A stretch of 63,883 nucleotides of DNA, filler included, from Octopus bimaculoides (GCF_001194135.2; 4 parts of 4 records of this genome joined end to end with filler, not necessarily neighbours in it), one strand, 5' to 3'. Counted from the whole stretch's first letter, positions 33,952-47,196 are shown. The notes: generated from the sequence alone by a model not told the origin. Made by a program: numbers and translations.

Positions 33952-36740
33952 ATGCAGTTACTTCTTTGTGTTTTACTGACTTTCTTCCACTGTTCCCTAA
34001 GTGAAGATATCACTTACCATGTTGAAGAAGAGAAGAATCCCTATACTTATGTAGGGAATATTGTTGCTGATTTAAAGAAATCAGACAGCTCCTTCCTAAA
34101 GAATAAGGATTTGATTACATTTAGTCAACTTCAACAAAAGGGAGAACAGTTGTTCAATGTGACGAAAACAGGTAAACTGTACACTGTTCAGACATTGGAT
34201 GCTGAGTCTGTGTGTAGTTATGAGAAAGAATGTTTTGAAATCATTAAAGTTGCTGTTCACAAATCCAAGACATTTATGAAGATCTTAAAGATTAAAGTCA
34301 TAATAGAAGACATCAATGATCACCAACCTGAGTTTCCAACTGAAGAAGTCAACATTCAGTTTTCAGAAAGAGATGGTAAAGGAGCAAAACTATCAATACC
34401 TAATGCTGTTGATAATGATATGAGTTATGAAAACAGCTTAATTACTTATGAATTGAAAGATGATGACAGTTACTTTTCATTATTAGTTGACAAACAAGCT
34501 AATGAAATATCAACATTAGGAATAATTTTAGAAAAAAAATTAGACAGAGAAACAAAAGACAATTACAATATTGAAGTTATTGCTAAAGATGGAGGAACTC
34601 CACCGAAACAATCTATTTTAAATGTTAAAATATCTGTAGAAGATGAAAATGATAATAAACCAGAATTTTCCCAACATGTCTACAATGTCTCTATTGAACA
34701 TAAACACAAAAAGAATATTCCAGTAGTCACATTATCTGCCAGTGATTTAGATATTGGCAGGAATGGTAAAATATCATATTACTTTGCTAGAAAAACTACT
34801 GAGAAAGTGAAAAGAAATTTTAATTTAGATGAAAATACTGGAAAATTGTATTTAGCTACATCTTCAAAAATTGATAAGGAGGAATCTTTTAAAATATACA
34901 TCGAAGCCAGAGATGATGGTAGTCCTCCTCTCAGTTCCATAGCAACTGTTAAGGTAAATGTCATCAACCAACACAACAATCCCCCAAATATTGATGTGAA
35001 CTTTATTTCTACACAGAATCACAACACAGCTACCATTCTGGAAGATATCAAAGTTGGCAGTTTCATTGCTTATGTGATGGTCACTGACAATGATGTTGGA
35101 CACAATGGACAGGTGAACTGTCATATCAAAGACGACACATTCAAACTACAGTCAATGGGATCAAAGGAATATAAAATAGTTCTAAAGAAAGCAGTAGACA
35201 GAGAGACACAGGAACATTATCACTTTACTGTGTCGTGTGAAGATAAAGGATTACCTGCTCTGAAAACTGATAAAGATCTGTCAATCCAAGTGTTAGNNNN
35301 NNNNNNGTTGATCTATCAAGGTAACAACAGTGTACCTGTGATGTCAGGTAATCGAGGAGAGACATCAGACAGATATGGTCATTCGAGAAGCCATTATTAT
35401 CCTGAAGACTGGAAGACATCGACAATGAGCAGATCACTTCAGAAGTCCACAAAGGTAAGCCTTACTTTGATTGACTATTAGATGGCACCATGTTTATATG
35501 AAAGGTACTTTCCTGTTTGGAAATTTAAGAATGTTGTTTACTATCCAAATGCTTTTGGTTTACATTATCTCTGAAGAATTTACCAGTACAGTGCAGAGTT
35601 GACAAATGCCTTCTGTTTCTTGTTCAAATCCAGGAGAATCACTATTAGGTGTATTAGTGGTTCATTCATGCATTGTAGAGCATCAGTGACTTAATTAACC
35701 ACCATACTTTTTTCCCATTTGTCAATAGAACCTTTGCTAGTTTTATGAAAACTCTTCATATAGCAGTTGAGATACCTCCAGGCTTGTGTGGCAATTATAT
35801 AAACACATGCACAATATGAATTTGTTGTATAACTAATAAAGGCAGATCTAAAAACAATATGGACACTATTTACTTTTTCAGAGTGAGCTATAAAATAATT
35901 ATTTGTGATGTGTCTAATTTTGGTTAACTTGTTCTAGTTAGGTGCTCATATGGGCAGTTAATAAGAATAGCTTGTAGATAGTATATTATTACATAATGTA
36001 CCCATTAATATTTAAGAATTAGCTATGTAACAGGTTCACATTTATAAATGATACCTTTACAATATATTTTGTTATTATTTGCATTCTCAGCAGAAATACA
36101 GTCAACCAATAGAGGTGACATCTTATGGAGACAACAGACCGTCTTCTAATTATCCCACTGACACATTGACCAGTCGCAAGAGTAGTGGACAGTGCTGGAG
36201 TGAGCGGTCAAGTAGACAATATGAAGAAATACCAGCAATGTCAGGTACAACACTCTCAGCCATTCGCATTTGTTATAAATTTCATTATAATGTCTTTCAT
36301 TTTTGATGTCACTTTCTTCAAACTCTTTAATCTGTTAATTAATATAAAATTCATATCCTGAATGATAATCATGATTTTTTTAGAGACAGCTTTTGTGACA
36401 TTATGTAATGTATCTTCCTAAATGTATATTAACTAATCACAACATAGTAAGCTGTAAGGAAACTTAGAAATACCAATTACCAATAAACAACATAATATAT
36501 TGTACAATTAAAACACATCTAAATATAAAGGTTTGACAGTTTTTTTACTGATATAAAATACCTACTGACTATATGATTTATGCAATACATTTATTTGATA
36601 TATATGTATGTGTTTCAGGAATCTATGGTGGTGCCCCACCCGATGTATCAAGCACCATTGAGAGAGACCATTACCAAGACAGATATGTGAAACCTCCAGA
36701 GAGACAGTTACCTTCAACACCAGATGTTGTTGCCAGTTAA
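33952..36740 (+). CDS. Protocadherin A; coding exons 33952-35454 (with an under-sized gap at 35297-35306), 36091-36244, 36619-36740
   Basis: Signal peptide MQLLLCVLLTFFHCSLS, EC1 with C-x5-C, DINDHQPEF/LDRE/DENDNKP cadherin motifs, a single large ectodomain exon, and cytoplasmic exons homologous to gene D. About 1 kb (rest of the ectodomain and TM) is missing in the gap. Confidence 0.93.
36091..36244 (+). CDS. Protocadherin A cytoplasmic exon 3
   Basis: QKYSQPIEVTSYGDNRPSSNYPTDTLTSRKSSGQCWSERSSRQYEEIPAMS; cag|CAG acceptor and G|gtacaa donor; same 154-nt length as in D. Confidence 0.9.
36619..36740 (+). CDS. Protocadherin A terminal exon 4
   Basis: GIYGGAPPDVSSTIERDHYQDRYVKPPERQLPSTPDVVAS*; 122 nt as in D and E. 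Confidence 0.9.
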
Positions 36741-37310
36741 GTGAGACTGAGAAGTTAACACAACAGAAATAATATCACCCTTCAACATTCACACAACATT
36801 TAAAACAACAGAAATATATTAGTTAGTTAATGATATTGCTTACATATGACTGAATTCCTTTCTATGCATTTCAAACTACACATGTTATAAATATATCTTT
36901 GGAAGGTTTTTACAGATAAAAAAATAACCATCAGTTATAGCCAAGAATAATTTCAATCAAATTATAACTCTCTGTAATTACATAAACTTAGGTAAGATAA
37001 ACATTTTTGGAAATTTAAAATAAATTTTTCTCTTTGAAAAATAAAATTTAAAAGTAAAAATGCTTTCGAAAATGTTTTATTAATTATATCATAGTATTTG
37101 AAGAAATATATTTTACATTGTTTACATGTATATTTCATATACATTTTGAGTAGGAATTATATTATTTCAGGAAATATGATTTACTTAGTTTACATATCAA
37201 TATATGTTTAAATTTTCAAATCCTGCTTTGTTTAGAATTAGGTCAGATGCACACACTAACTCTTATTATCAATATTGTATTTACATTTTAAATTACACAC
37301 ACATTACCAA

Positions 37311-37436
37311 CATCAGCCATATTTTGTTAATATAACCTCTCTGTTCTAAGTATTTCTATGTCAGTCTCTCTCTCTACATCAGACATGTTGGTGTTATATA
37401 GACTTATCATGGCTGACTGTTAGTGGAGCTGATAGT
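37311..37436 (+). promoter_or_regulatory. Conserved upstream block of protocadherin B (putative promoter element)
   Basis: About 125 bp nearly identical to 46767-46890 (-) and alignable with 55688-55795 (-), at an equivalent position upstream of each leader exon. Confidence 0.6.
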
Positions 37437-37589
37437 GGTGTCTTCTCTCTCTGTATATGTATATTTCTCTCCTTTTTCTTTGTGGAGGGGAAACACAACA
37501 TCTAGTTTGAGTGAGGCTGGAGTAAGCATCACCCATCCTTCTCTCTCCCTTTCTCTCTCATACACAAATATACATACATGCACATACAC

Positions 37590-37782
37590 ACTCACATTAA
37601 ACATCACACATCCACAAAGGAAGACTGAGAGGAACTGCTGGTTCCCCACTGACTCACCACCAACACTATTCCATCAACATGAAGCCATTGTCACACCATA
37701 GCAGCAGTGACACAGACAACCATTAACAACAGAACATTGGGACCAAGTCACAGTTTATAACAAAGGATTTTACACAATGAAG
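37590..37782 (+). other. Non-coding leader exon 1 of protocadherin B (start approximate)
   Basis: Same core sequence as A, donor GAAG|gtaagt. Confidence 0.82.
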
Positions 37783-38879
37783 GTAAGTTTATTATTCTAT
37801 ATTATTTAACCAGTCATGTGAAAGAATAATTTTGCTTATCACTTAATATCAAAATTCAAAATATAATATTCCAATGGTGGCCATATTAAATCTTTGTTAG
37901 TTCTCATTTAATGTGCTCCTTGCCATCAAGGCTTTCAAAGATTTTCTTCAGAGAAACATTTTATTTAAAGAATACATTTTTAAACTTGTATTCTCATAAT
38001 TTTCACAAACATAAGTCCTTCATCATCACATTTCCATGTTATTTTATATTATTTATTAGTTATTGACGTGCTTTCCCATTCAGTGACTCAACGAGCTATT
38101 GTTTAGTCTTTGTAATTATAAATTATTGTGCACAATGATCATTTAACGACATTTAATACTATAAAGAAATTCTCTGTTGAATTAATATTGTTACTGAATA
38201 GCAAGAAAATTATTAATAATTCTGTCTCCTTTGCATATTAGTGTCTGTCTGTGTTTCAACTTGACTGTGTGTCCTTTTCTCTGTCTATGTGTGCAGTGAG
38301 GAGACCATTTTCTCATAAAAATGTATCTTGTTAAATTCATTTGATAGAATATTGTTTTTTGGAAGGTTACTTAATAATAATATTCCATCTTGAAGGGGAA
38401 AATAAGTGCATTTGTTAACATATTTATTTCTATGATTTTAAGCATTAAAACCTGTTAATATTGATTGTTTATTGCAACAGTTATAATTACTTTAAATTAA
38501 TTATCCACTCTCTCCTAATTTAATTTCTTTATAAGATATTTTGAACTCATTCAACTGTTATTCTAAGTCTGTTATATTATTGTAGCCATATAACAATTAG
38601 CAAATTAAATGTTCTCTTTATGTATAAGAGTGATTTCAGTTAAAAACAAAGGATGTAATTACTCTATATGTGTTATTAATTAATTATCTCACAGTAAATT
38701 TATTTTAAAATATATTTCTGTGTAATTGTTTCATTTTCCCTACATCATATATTCTCATGGTGTCATATTAATGGCCAGAGATACAACTCAATATTACTCT
38801 CACCAAAGTTGTCCTATAAACATTAACAGCTTCATTCAACATAAATTTGAGTGAAGTAATAAAGTATTTCTTCCATGAA

Positions 38880-39550
38880 AGCAGACGACCAGCATGCTTA
38901 TATTATAACTTGATACAGAAAGTCTATGATCTTTGTATTGAACAGATATCTCCCAACAACATTGAGGAGAGAATAATATTGTTTTATGTCTTGCTTAGCA
39001 GAATGGTGAATATTTTAAGTATCTTTAGGACCTAAAGAAACTAAGCCTCAATATACATATATTAATATTCAAGACAGCACAATACCCATGCTGTTGTGAA
39101 ATATTTTTTCATGCTCACAATTGTTGAAGCATGGAATAAACTACCCTCATTGATTGTTAGTTTCCAGCAAACTATGTTCTTCAAAATTCCTATACTTCAT
39201 GAAATTCACCAACACTACTCCTGATATACCTATGCACCATTTCTTTTACTCTTAGCTTTTGTCTTTTTTGTTTTATTCTGTCTACTGTGTGTATACTTTT
39301 AGCTTTTATAACCATTTTCCTTTCTTGACTTATTGCTGCTTTTTGTTCCCTATTTTACCCTTTTCCAATAGGTTACAGTGCACCCGAGCACTGTGTACAA
39401 TATGCCTGTTACTATCATCAATGTTTAACATGGATTGCAGTGTCACAATATCTCCCTGTTCTACTTTTAACCTAAAATTTATGATATACAACAGAATTTC
39501 TTTCGTATATTGTGATGTTATACTTAATCCATAAAAAGTATTGTTATTTT
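38880..39550 (+). mobile_element. CR1-like LINE 3' remnant in protocadherin B intron 1
   Basis: KYFF...IVEAWNKLP..IV....FK-like C-terminal motif plus 3' UTR. Confidence 0.5.
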
Positions 39551-40810
39551 TCACAATGTCTCTATAAGATGGCGGAGGATGTGAAGATCATTATCTGTTG
39601 GGTCTTACAACTTTGTATTTGCTCAAGGGAACTAACTCAAAATTTACCATTTCTGACAGGAAATGAAAGTATAGAACTCAGATGATTTAATACTACGACT
39701 CCTCCAAAAGCTGTCCAGTTTTTCTGGTTTTGTTTTCCGTTATGTTTCTATCTTCAACGGTTAGTTTGATCGTCTGTCATCTTTAGGGTTTATATTTATT
39801 CATACATATCTTAAGAATAAATAAACACCAAATATGAATGGTAAAAGATTTTCAGCACTTTTATTTGCTATGCAGTAGTCTTGTGTAAATATCTTTAATG
39901 GAACAAAATACAATTACTTGATTCAGTGAAGTAATCATATACATCATTGGTACAGAATAGTTTGACTTGATTCAATCTCTTTTGACTTTGAAGTGGTATA
40001 GAAAATCATAGTTTATCAACATATTTTTGTTTAATGTGTCAGTTCATAATATGTAACACATTCAGTGATGATGTTCTACTGTACTTTACCATCATGTCTA
40101 AATTATATATCCAGAGCACACCTGTCACTCCTGGATGACTTTTGTTTCCATAGTAGCCCTGATCATTGTAGTTGACATGGTAGTGTGTCCAAAAATCTCA
40201 TCATCCACAGCCCACACATAAGAAACTGGTTACTGCAATCAAGGTACAATATGTAATACATATAGACTGCAGTTCAGTGGATCTTAGAGCCTTGGTACCA
40301 CCACAGAATGAAAGATGTTTTGGTATGAAGTCTAATACTTAAAGATTTGTACAATGGCAATTTTCTGTACTTCGATATTATTATGTAGTGGATTCAGTGC
40401 AAACTTTGAATTGTGAGGTAAACAAAATCCTCTTAATTCTGTCTCTTACATTTTACAGTGAAATGAACCATTGATTGGTTTGTGAGACCCTCAGTGAATT
40501 CATTTATCTAATTAAGTTAATGTCCATGAATATAGGTTGTATACATGCCTATATGTTTATATGTAGATATATACATCCATAGATTTTCACCAGTAATACT
40601 ATTTTTCTTTTCTTCCTGTGCTTCTCATTTCATGGCCTTAAACTATTATTTCCACATGTAATTAGTATATGCTTAACAGATCGATGTAATCAATGTGATT
40701 TCTAACAATAATTATGATTTCTAAAATAAGGCATCTTCTCACTTTCAAAACTTTTTTCTGTTTCAGATCAACAATTTAATACCAACAATTTAATACCATC
40801 AAAAGCAGAG

Positions 40811-41008
40811 ATGTTGCTGTATCTGTGTATTTTGCTGACTATCTTCCACTGTTATCTAAGTGAAGATATCACATACCATGTTAAAGAAGAGAATATTCCC
40901 TATACCTATGTAGGGGACATTGCTACTGACTTACAGGAATCAGACAGCTCCTTCTTAGAAAATAAGGATTTAATTACATTTAGTCAACTCCAACAAAAGG
41001 GAGAACAG
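40811..41008 (+). CDS. Protocadherin B, partial (signal peptide + start of EC1, cut by gap)
   Basis: MLLYLCILLTIFHCYLSEDITYHVKEENIPYTYVGDI...LQQKGEQ is a close paralog of A; acceptor at 40766/40767; leader exon ends at 37782. Confidence 0.88.
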
Positions 41009-41108
41009 NNNNNNNNNNNNNNNNNNNNNNNNNNNNNNNNNNNNNNNNNNNNNNNNNNNNNNNNNNNNNNNNNNNNNNNNNNNNNNNNNNNNNNNNNNNN
41101 NNNNNNNN

Positions 41109-42231
41109 TGAAACTACCAACTTTGATATCTTCCAGAATGGTAGCTGTGTTGTGATTCCGTGTAGAAATAAAGTTCACATCAATATTTGGAGCATTGTTC
41201 TGCTGGTTGATGACATTTACCATAACAGTTGCTATGGAACTCAGAGGAGGGTTACCACCATCTCTAGCCTCTATAAATAACTCATAAATAACTTTTTCTT
41301 GTAGACTTGAGGTTTCTGTTAAAAATATCTCCCCAGTGTCTGGTTTCAACTGGAAATGTGTACTATCCATTTCTGATGTCATTGGACTAAAATGATAGGA
41401 TATTTTCCTATTGTCCCCCCTGTCAGAATCCTGTGCTGACACTATGACAACTGGTATGTTGGTTTTGTGTGTTTTTGCTACTGATACATTATATATTCTC
41501 TTTGCAAAAACAGGCCGATTATCATTTTCATCATCAACTATAATCTTAACATTTAACACACTCTGCTTGGCTGGAGTCCCTCTATCTTCTGCAATAACTT
41601 CTACGTTGTATGATTCTTTTACTTCTCTGTCTAACTTTTCTTCTAGAACAATCTGAAGGTATGATACACCATCAGCATGTTTGAATACTTCCAGAGAAAA
41701 CGAGTGATTAGTTTGCCTTAATTTGTAATGAATTAATCTGTTTTTAAAACCAACGTCTTTGTCAATGGCATTTGGAATGGACTTTTTCATCCCTTTACCA
41801 TCTCCTTCTCTAAAGTGCAAAGTTATTTCCTTGTCGGGAAACTCAGGTTGGTGGTCATTGATGTCGTCTATGATTATTTTGACTTTTAAAATTCTTACAA
41901 ATGTTTTCTGTTTGTGAACAGCTACTTTAATAACCTTCGAACACTCCTTGTTATATCTGCACAGGGATTCAGCATCAATTGTTTGAAGAGTGTAGAGTTT
42001 CCCTGTTGTTGTAACATTAAATAATTCAGCCTCCTTTTGTTGGAGTTGATTAAATGTAATTACTTTCAGTTCTTCTGATGAGAAAGAGTTCAAAAATTGT
42101 TTATTAGTTGCAATAGAACCTATATATGTAATGGGGCTGTTTTCTTCTTTCACCCGGTAAGTGAGGTTTAGACAGTGATAGCACTGAATTATTAAAGACA
42201 CCAGCCACAGAATTCTCAACATCTTTAACAT
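41109..42231 (-). CDS. Protocadherin C, partial (signal peptide, EC1-EC3, start of EC4, cut by gap)
   Basis: Open frame MLKMLRILWLVSLIIQCYHCLNLTYRVKEE... to EDIKVGSF; acceptor at 42236; leader exon ends at 46435. Confidence 0.93.
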
Positions 42232-43800
42232 ATCACTGTAAAAATAAGAAAATAAAATGTGAAAAAACATCTCATCAATTAGCTCTTTCAAGTAATAATG
42301 TTTTGGATTCATAAGATAACAAGAAGACAGTTCTATAATTGAAACAAGTAATGCAACGAGCTAACAAGACAGAAATCTTATGAAATAGGATTGCCAGCTC
42401 CTGTCAAACAGTCCAACCCATGCCAGCATAGCAAAGGGGCGTTAAATGATGATGATCCCTACAAACTTGAATCAATAACCAAGCGAGGCAAAGTCAAAGA
42501 TAAGAAAGCAAAGCAAAAATAGACCTAATTAATATTGAAATAGCAACAAAACATGAAACAGCTTTACAATTTAAAGGAAGGGAGCACTACGCAAAAGTTG
42601 TCCAGTAGGGACGATAGAGACCAAAGGGTTAAAATACGACAAGGTACCAAATAAATGAACCCGAGGAGATGGTGCCCAAGCAGAGTTACTTCCCTTCTAT
42701 ACTGTTCATTCGTAAACGACTTCGTTACACCAAGAATCAGGAATTTAATTTTTGTAATGGCCTCCTTTATTTTGCTTTTTGTTTATATTTGACTATGTAC
42801 AATATATTATATCATATTTATAAGAATATCCCTTGTATCCTCCTTTTCCGACAATGGAATGATTATGTAAGCAAAAATTGAACTGTGACATAAAAGACTA
42901 GAATTATTAACTGCTGAAAAACTCGCAATCATCATCATCATTGCTATGTCCACTTTTGCCATGTTTGCCGAGGTCAGANNNNNNNNNNNNNNNNNNNNNN
43001 NNNNNNNNNNNNNNNNNNNNNNNNNNNNNNNNNNNNNNNNNNNNNNNNNNNNNNNNNNNNNNNNNNNNNNNNNNNNNNNNNNNNNNNNNNNNNNNNNNNN
43101 NNNNNNNNNNNNNNNNNNNNNNNNNNNNNNNNNNNNNNNNNNNNNNNNNNNNNNNNNNNNNNNNNNNNNNNNNNNNNNNNNNNNNNNNNNNNNNNNNNNN
43201 NNNNNNNNNNNNNNNNNNNNNNNNNNNNNNNNNNNNNNNNNNNNNNNNNNNNNNNNNNNNNNNNNNNNNNNNNNNNNNNNNNNNNNNNNNAAAAACTCGC
43301 AATCATCATCATCATTGCTATGTCCACTTTTGCCATGTTTGCCGAGGTCAGACGTCCTTCATGTTGTCAACCCACACTTGTTTACAAGCAAGGTAATATT
43401 TCCCCATAATTAGACGTTTTCCACAGAGTGGAAACGTGTAAGACCACTTGAAGGATAAAGACCTTTGTTTTACAGCTCTCATACAACATCCCGACAAGGG
43501 GCTACACACATACATGCTAGCATGCATATATACATACATGGTGGAAATCAACTCATGACCAAATAAGACCCGTTCCTAAAGTCAGTAAATCCATTCAATC
43601 GTTCTCAGTTATAAAACCAATGACACAGCAGAGGTCAAGACGACCAGGAACCNNNNNNNNNNNNNNNNNNNNNNNNNNNNNNNNNNNNNNNNNNNNNNNN
43701 NNNNNNNNNNNNNNNNNNNNNNNNNNNNNNNNNNNNNNNNNNNNNNNNNNNNNNNNNNNNNNNNNNNNNNNNNNNNNNNNNNNNNNNNNNNNNNNNNNNN

Positions 43801-43835
<35 letters not shown>

Positions 43836-44099
43836 GTATATTTATACAAAATGTAAGGAGAAACAAATGTTTTTTTAAGGAGTTTAAATCACAAGGGATT
43901 GATAAAAGTTCAATTCAGAAATGTTAATAATGGTTGTGATATGATAATTATTGATCTCTTGTAATTTAAACCCCTGAAAACATTTGTTTCCCCATATGTA
44001 TTGTATAAATGTATATCTACATAAATGTCATAAACTGACCCAATACCAGTTGTTTGCTTGTCTCTCCTTTTACTCTATTATACATGATTGATACACTGC

Positions 44100-44800
44100 C
44101 AATAGCTAATCCTCATTTAAACAGATATAACAATCCTTGCATTTTAAGTTGCAGTTGAAGATGGAGTTTAGGCAAGAAGTCACCCTGAGAACTAATAGTA
44201 TGTGTGCCTATTGCCTTATTTCACCACACCTCACATTACATACAACAGAGAGTACATCATCAAGCTGACAATAATTAGTTTGATTTTTCAAATCATGTAT
44301 CCATAATCTTATAACAATCTCTGTTACTCGGACCAGTTGTTTTGTCAGTTAAATTGAAGTTATCATAAACATTGGCTAATTTGTAAATAAATCCTATTTT
44401 CAACTCTGGTTCCTAAAATATTTCCTCATTCAAAAAATCTAAATATTTCTATGAAAGACGTATTCATTGTTTCTGGTGACAACAATATACTTTCTGTCTC
44501 TTGTGAGTACATACAGTAATTTCTAGATTTTTCTTCTATACCTCAAGAATTTGAGTAACAGAGATTGTGCTGTTGTAAGATTATGGATACATGATTTGAA
44601 AAATCAAACTAATTATTGTCAGCTTGATGATGTACTCTCTGTTGTCTAGTTCAGGCCAGTTCAGGTGTGGGCACATACACCTTTGCAATGTGTTGCTGCA
44701 TTCACCATACAACATTTGTCAGCATATTCCCAGGGAAGATGCAACCCATCAAGCAGTCACAGTGAATCCCCAGAAACAAAATTACCTTTCTGCTCTGAAA
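44100..44800 (+). mobile_element. Highly degenerate RTE-like LINE RT remnant in protocadherin C intron 1
   Basis: Traces of GVRQG..LS and QLRW.GH motifs, with frameshifts. Confidence 0.3.
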
Positions 44801-45435
44801 TATATTTTGATAGTCCTTTTCTTAATCTGGTAATATCATTTACACTTAATGTTTGATAATCATATATTATAGTGTGACTTGTGTATGTATGTGTGTGTGT
44901 GTGAGAGAGAGAGAGAGAAAAGGGGGAGAAAGAGGGAAGGAGAGAGAAATAAAGAGAGAGTGAGAGAAAAAGGGAGCATGTGTATGTGTTAAGGTCTACT
45001 ACACAGATGCCATTAAATAATATATATAGATATTTGTTTCGTGAAGTTCAGATTAAAGCAATATAGAATGATATAGGGAAGACATTTTGTCATCTCTTCT
45101 GGTAAAAATCTACAAATTCCATGAAAATTAGTTCCAAATTAAACATTATTACAAATTACTCTGCAGATTATACAGTCTGTTTTCTACAAATAGTTTTTTA
45201 AAGACATATTCTCCATCACATGTGTTTATATTCCCTCACAACCAACCAAGCTATCTACTTTTGCCACATATCAATGAAAGATAGAACAGAGGCAACAATA
45301 TTTGACAGACATAAAAATAGAAATGTTTAGTAATTTTGAAATTTCAATATTAGAAGGAAGTATTGAGAAAGGTAAAATAAAATAAAATTGCAAAATTGAT
45401 TTATTATTATTATTATTAATTATTATTATTATTAT

Positions 45436-45830
45436 TACTGCCCATTGCTGCGTTCTGAGTTCAAATTCCACCGAGGTCAACTTTACCCTTCATCCTTTCG
45501 AGGTCAATGAAATAAGTATCAGTTGAACACTGGGGTCAATGTAATTGACTCATCCCCTCCCACCAAATTACTGCCCCTCGTGGTAAAATTTGAAACCATT
45601 ATTATTATAATTATTTGAAAGGTGTGAAGCTGACAGAATGACTGGTGTCTGAAAAAATGCCTTGCACTAGTTTCTTCAGATTTTACATCATTCTGAGTTC
45701 AACTCCAACTTTATCTTTCATCCCTCAAGGCTTGATAAAATAAAGTACCAGTTAAGTACTGGAGTTGGTTTGACAACCTTCCAACACCTCCCCCTCAACT
45801 GCTAGCTTTGTGCCTAAACCAGAAACCATT
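45436..45830 (+). mobile_element. Two adjacent SINE copies in protocadherin C intron 1
   Basis: TTCTGAGTTCAAATTCC...GAAACC segments at about 45436-45600 and 45615-45830, with (ATT)n tails. Confidence 0.75.
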
Positions 45831-45843
45831 TTTATTATCATCA

Positions 45844-45889
<46 letters not shown>

Positions 45890-46434
45890 ATTTTTTCATT
45901 AAATGAGGGATATTTCCAGTGCCAATTCATGTCAGTGTTGTTTTATTTTCTAGATAAATTGCAAATATTAAATCAAAGTAAGTTTCCACTTGTGATAGTA
46001 TTGCGTGTGACTCTAACAAATTACCTCAAATCTAAGATGATAAGATTGTAGCTTTAGACTGTCAACAACATCCTGACATGCTGCCTCCATCTTGTTTAGT
46101 TTTGTTGTAGGTTTGAGAAGTCTAGTCTATTGATGTTCAACTTGGATGAAAATGTTTCATCTGAAGTAGAAAGCTTCTATTGAAAATTCATTTTAAAAGA
46201 TACAAATGGAAGATATTCTATTCAGAATGGAAACCAAAGAAGAAAATAAAGTTTCCTAACAAAGAGAATATTAAAGACAATTAAATAATGAATTTTCAAG
46301 CTAATAATTATATATCAATGTTCCCACAATTGTTAAAAATAGATCGTCCATATACATATTCTTCCTTTGTTATACTTTCTTCCTTATTTGATTAAATAAG
46401 TGAGGATCAAAGTATGAAAATGAAAACTACTTAC

Positions 46435-46630
46435 ATTCATTGTGTAAAATCCTTTGTTGTATAAATTGTGACTTGGTCCCAGTGTTCTGTTGTTAATGGT
46501 TGTCTGTGTCACTGCTGCTATGGTGTGACAATGGCTTCATGTTGATGGAATAGTGTTGGTGGTGAGTCAGTGGGGAACCAGCAGTTCCTCTCAGTCTTCC
46601 TTTGCGGATGTGTGATGTTTAGTGTGAGTG
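46435..46630 (-). other. Non-coding leader exon 1 of protocadherin C (start approximate)
   Basis: Reverse-complement copy of the leader, donor GAAT|gtaagt. Confidence 0.82.
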
Positions 46631-46766
46631 TGTGCATGGGTTGAGTGAGAGGATGAGAGGGAAGGATGAGTGATGCTTACTCCAGCTTCATGCAAACTAG
46701 ATGTTTCCCCTCACACAGATGAGGAAGGGAGGGAGTGAGTGAGAGAAAGAGAGAGAGGGACAACAC

Positions 46767-46890
46767 ACTATCAGCTCCACTAACAGTCAGCCATAATAAG
46801 TCTATATAACACCAACATGTCTGATGTAGAGAGAGACTGACATCGAAATACTGAGAACAGAGAGGTTATATTAACAAAATATGGCTGATG
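46767..46890 (-). promoter_or_regulatory. Conserved upstream block of protocadherin C (putative promoter element)
   Basis: CATCAGCCATATTTTGTTAATATAACC...TTAGTGGAGCTGATAGT is shared with B. Confidence 0.6.
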
Positions 46891-47196
46891 TCAATGCATG
46901 TAACTATAAATCCTTCATACAATATTTCAAGATGTGAGTTTAAGAAGATATTATCAAAGGAAAATGGCAAATTAAATAAACTATGTCAAATATATTTGTA
47001 ATGTTTCTTAGGACTTGTGAAAATTAAAGGTTTTAACAGAAAAAGAGATTCAAGGAAAGAATTTCAGATTTCATTTTTGTATCTGGTTTGCAAGATTCTT
47101 TGTGTGAATTGTATTTGTAAATTTATTTTTGTATTTTGGTATTTAAAATGTAATGGAATTTGCTTGATTTTAGTGAAACTATAATTGTAACCTGAC

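Noticed and set aside
36088-36093. Tandem CAGCAG acceptor at exon 3 of A and D
   Set aside because: It would change only one Gln and is absent in E; no evidence of function.
37411-37436. TTAGTGGAGCT as a CTCF site
   Set aside because: Only a partial match to the CTCF core and not conserved as such in gene D; kept only as an unassigned conserved motif.
40984-41155. Apparent sense/antisense overlap of ORFs 40811-41155 (+) and 40984-42312 (-)
   Set aside because: Both ORFs just read through the 100-N gap; no real overlap is shown.
42913-43352. About 62-bp direct repeat flanking gap 42979-43290
   Set aside because: Typical of duplicated contig ends or an unresolved tandem repeat; cannot be interpreted.
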